In this document: one piece after another, positions 62,701 through 64,000 of the stretch
Numbering within the stretch: position 1 is the stretch's first letter
Layout of the letters: every line of letters starts with the position of its first letter
Assembly (NCBI GenBank): GCA_022710935.1
Contig: JAKLFY010000031.1
Location: forward strand, 1,857-65,856
Length of the DNA: 64,000 nucleotides
From: Verrucomicrobiota bacterium
GTDB lineage: Bacteria; Verrucomicrobiota; Verrucomicrobiia; Limisphaerales; J093
Reading direction: 5' to 3'
Program-made: the position numbers and the translations under genes
The notes under the pieces: generated by a model
The model's input: only the letters and a program-made list of their open reading frames with translations
The model's database searches: none
Told to the model about the DNA's origin: nothing

Positions 62701-62731
62701 GGCGGCCAAGTTCTATCGGCTTAAGAAGTAA
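59717..62731 (+). CDS. large secreted protein with PA14-like, Ig I-set-like and LamG/ConA-like lectin domains
   Basis: The signal is GLGAMAGMGIALVQAQ. The PA14-like segment is GTYAMVITGDDGAKLTV...GGGGYTLNWY. The Ig-like segment is LSYQWKLNDADIPGATGSAYTVA...GDYTVQITN. The LamG-like segment is AWHHVAITF...YVDGVL...DIGIWRRVLT. The tail ends ...AAKFYRLKK. Confidence 0.8.
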   Translation: MKLKTYRRFLSATGLGAMAGMGIALVQAQTVIPESLALPLNSVDTEKPGFVVRVFQATGAQLENTIARAENQIGGFLINPATGLPYENIADLTDFYGMGQFIFNPDGTYDETATIAYSAGWFPGIPGIENTTINIALEAITYIQYQPGTYAMVITGDDGAKLTVGNVFDRISELVLVESPSTADKVATFTITKAGVYAFRVIYEQGGGGYTLNWYTADPADTSAATRVHLNDWGATPCYRALKAGAAVTGPSVYAISPLPNAINVTASSGIQAVIKDGSTALNTASLKVYYNGTDVTASATVGPKTGDLTKVTYKPALRPEPNSVEQYKLTFNDPTAAGGTREAVLTYTVAPYADYVLPDPIWLETFDTVAEGAMPAGWTTVSPIEPTGSEDLSNPDSDSYLVWVVISKGRVSDIGAAGGWNATYRLNTPEAYINGVRIDSLIQNQFAYHESDVRGGSQYAELFTPNVNLTGKTDIYLVYHSIYTQNQDNIAGVEYSVDNGTTWLPVVYMVDKDDLLLKGDGTVDAEATLTAARADTAQYIDPISGETIGLTYGAFVKAARNTWPNLTEYVSGRINDDQMESKRIERFRLPQADNKSQVKVRFFQAGTGSWFFGVDSVGFYSITAPQKPEITTQPVGGVISAGSALTLTVVATGTEPLSYQWKLNDADIPGATGSAYTVASATAAAAGDYTVQITNAGGSVTSAKAKVTVFTGAIGDDLVAHLKLDGNLNDASGRGNAGTAVGAVAYDSGKAGQAMHLASNADYITLGTPADLNFGQATDFSIAFWTKAVTWGGDPAFIANKDWDSGGNQGYVVATDDDGHLQWNLAGPPGSRKDYDGPAGTFSDAAWHHVAITFNRTGPATTYVDGVLRDARPMTADQNNVDTPSGLATNVGQDGVGDYGSRFSDVSFDDIGIWRRVLTPQEVTAIFEAGQAGKDLSTVVVSGPTDAGTLGMQFTAGKVVLTWESGATLQSATSIVGQWTDEAATSPASLDPAGAAKFYRLKK

Positions 62732-62849
62732 CGTCGGCATCGGCTTGCGGTGAAGCCGCAATGGCCGGGGAGCAACCGCTCCCCGGCCATCACGGTCCGC
62801 CCAGGAGGGCCCTTTGCTCCGCGCCTTCCCCAGGAATCCCCCATGCGGA

Positions 62850-62985
62850 CGGTGCATCTGCCAGTTGTCGGTGTGATGCCGCCCGGTGAGGGCACCGGGC
62901 CGACACCGGATCGAGACTCCCCGTGTAGGATGCGTGCCCCCACGCGGCGCAAACCCGATTCCCACCGACAACCTCCAGAGACACG
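62850..62985. mobile_element. MITE-like element, copy E
   Basis: It begins CGGTGCATCTGCC and ends CCAGAGACACGG (9 of 12 bases match the terminus). It contains CCCGGTG-AGGG-CACCGGG and a degenerate core ATGCGTGCCCCCACGCGGC. It is collinear with the reverse complement of copy C. Confidence 0.7.
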
Positions 62986-63055
62986 GCATTCGGAGGGCCG
63001 ATCCAATCGCGCTTGCGTCGCCCGCTCCGGGTGACTTACGCTTCCTGCATAGCCT

Positions 63056-63880
63056 ATGAGCAAAATCTACTTTGGCATCAACATGGAGTTCGTCCGGCAC
63101 GCCGATCAATCGTTCGAGTGGGGGGTTGAGAAGGCGGCGGCACTCGGATACACGCATATCGAGCCGATGGTCCACTGGGGCCGCGAGCTCCTCAGCGAGG
63201 CTGGCTACTTCCACAGCGTCTCGATGCTGGATGACCCGCTGCGGATCACTCGGGCGTGCGAACGGGCCGGAGTCAAGCTCTCCGGACTGTCCGCTCACAC
63301 CCCGATCACCAAGCCCGAGATCGGAGTCGAGTATCTCAAACAGGCCATCCGCTTCGCGGCCGAATGCGGCGCGCCCGTGGTCAACACCGACGAGGGCCGC
63401 AAGCAGCCCTGGACAACCGAGGAGGAGGATTTCACGCTGATGCGCTACACGCTCATGGAAGCAGCCAGGGTGGCCGAACCGCGCGGCATCCTGATCGGGC
63501 TGGAGTGCCACCAGCAATACAGCAAGACCCCCGATGGCCTGGACCGCATCCACAAGCTGGTGAAAAGCCCCGCGATCGGCATCAACTTCGACACCGGCAA
63601 CGCCTTTTTGTGCGGACACGATCCCTACAAGTGGCTCAAGCGCGTCGTCAAGCGCCTGGTCCACCTGCACGCGAAAGACATCTCTGTGCAGCAGGGATCG
63701 TCCGAGCGCGGCAAGGTCACCGGCACCCCCGTCGGCTGCGCCTGCGGGGAGGGCGTGATCGATTGGACCCGAGTGATCCGGCTGTGCCGCGAAGCCAAAC
63801 GCGATATTGTCCTGTCGGTCGAGTGCGGAACGATCGACCAGGCCGAACGATCCATTCAACATCTGAAGAGCCTCGTCTGA
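63056..63880 (+). CDS. sugar phosphate isomerase/epimerase (xylose-isomerase-like TIM barrel)
   Basis: Family-typical layout in 274 aa: GYTHIEP, ...VNTDEG..., [18 protein letters not shown] and VHLHAKD. Confidence 0.7.
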   Translation: MSKIYFGINMEFVRHADQSFEWGVEKAAALGYTHIEPMVHWGRELLSEAGYFHSVSMLDDPLRITRACERAGVKLSGLSAHTPITKPEIGVEYLKQAIRFAAECGAPVVNTDEGRKQPWTTEEEDFTLMRYTLMEAARVAEPRGILIGLECHQQYSKTPDGLDRIHKLVKSPAIGINFDTGNAFLCGHDPYKWLKRVVKRLVHLHAKDISVQQGSSERGKVTGTPVGCACGEGVIDWTRVIRLCREAKRDIVLSVECGTIDQAERSIQHLKSLV

Positions 63881-63896
63881 GAACCGCGGACTGACT

Positions 63897-64000
63897 ATGG
63901 AACCACACGCTGACATTGCCGTCGTTGGACTGGCCGTCATGGGCCAGAACCTGATTCTGAACATGAACGACCACGGCTTCACGGTCGTGGCCTACAACCG
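63897..64000 (+). CDS. gnd: 6-phosphogluconate dehydrogenase (decarboxylating), N-terminal fragment
   Basis: The ATG at 63897 gives [34 protein letters not shown], the canonical Gnd N-terminus. The window edge truncates the gene. Confidence 0.8.
   Translation, partial: MEPHADIAVVGLAVMGQNLILNMNDHGFTVVAYN

Overview
High-GC (about 65%) chromosomal window with hallmarks of the PVC superphylum (Verrucomicrobiota or Planctomycetota). These include a DUF1559-type prepilin-like protein, Tat-exported Gfo/Idh/MocA and flavin proteins, ECF sigma factors paired with Ser/Thr kinases, and giant PA14/LamG/beta-helix surface proteins. I found no rRNA, tRNA, CRISPR array, transposase or integrase.

Layout:
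- 1-5750: housekeeping genes (SPT-like alpha-oxoamine synthase plus SDR, Dcp peptidase, ilvH-ilvC).
- 6192-16223: a tightly coupled seven-gene operon. It joins a cytoplasmic NuoE/NuoF plus GltD-type NAD(P)H iron-sulfur flavoprotein module to a NapG/NapH-like membrane pair and two exported beta-propeller proteins. No recognisable terminal catalytic subunit is present. This is my best candidate for an undescribed redox system.
- 18200-24168: a Tat oxidoreductase and an rbsBACK ribose operon.
- 24569-50115: an accessory-looking surface and signalling island.
- 50161-64000: mixed genes, including an MBOAT operon with an embedded kinase.

The surface island contains a beta-helix/cadherin-like adhesin and a 2975-aa RHS/YD-repeat protein. 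The RHS protein carries a low-GC cassette at the DPxGL core end and an atypical 710-aa tail after the core. A truncated N-terminal paralog lies nearby. One divergent sigma-factor intergenic/leader region is copied in front of all three surface ORFs, and one copy still carries the first 38 sigma codons. Two back-to-back ECF/Ser-Thr-kinase pairs follow.

Several small repeat families are scattered between genes: MITE-like elements with CGGTGCATCTGG termini, TAGCCCGCAT inverted-repeat elements that supply stop codons, and a 240-bp tandem array of CACGAAT-type hairpins.

All calls come from reading the translations and DNA. No database searches were run.
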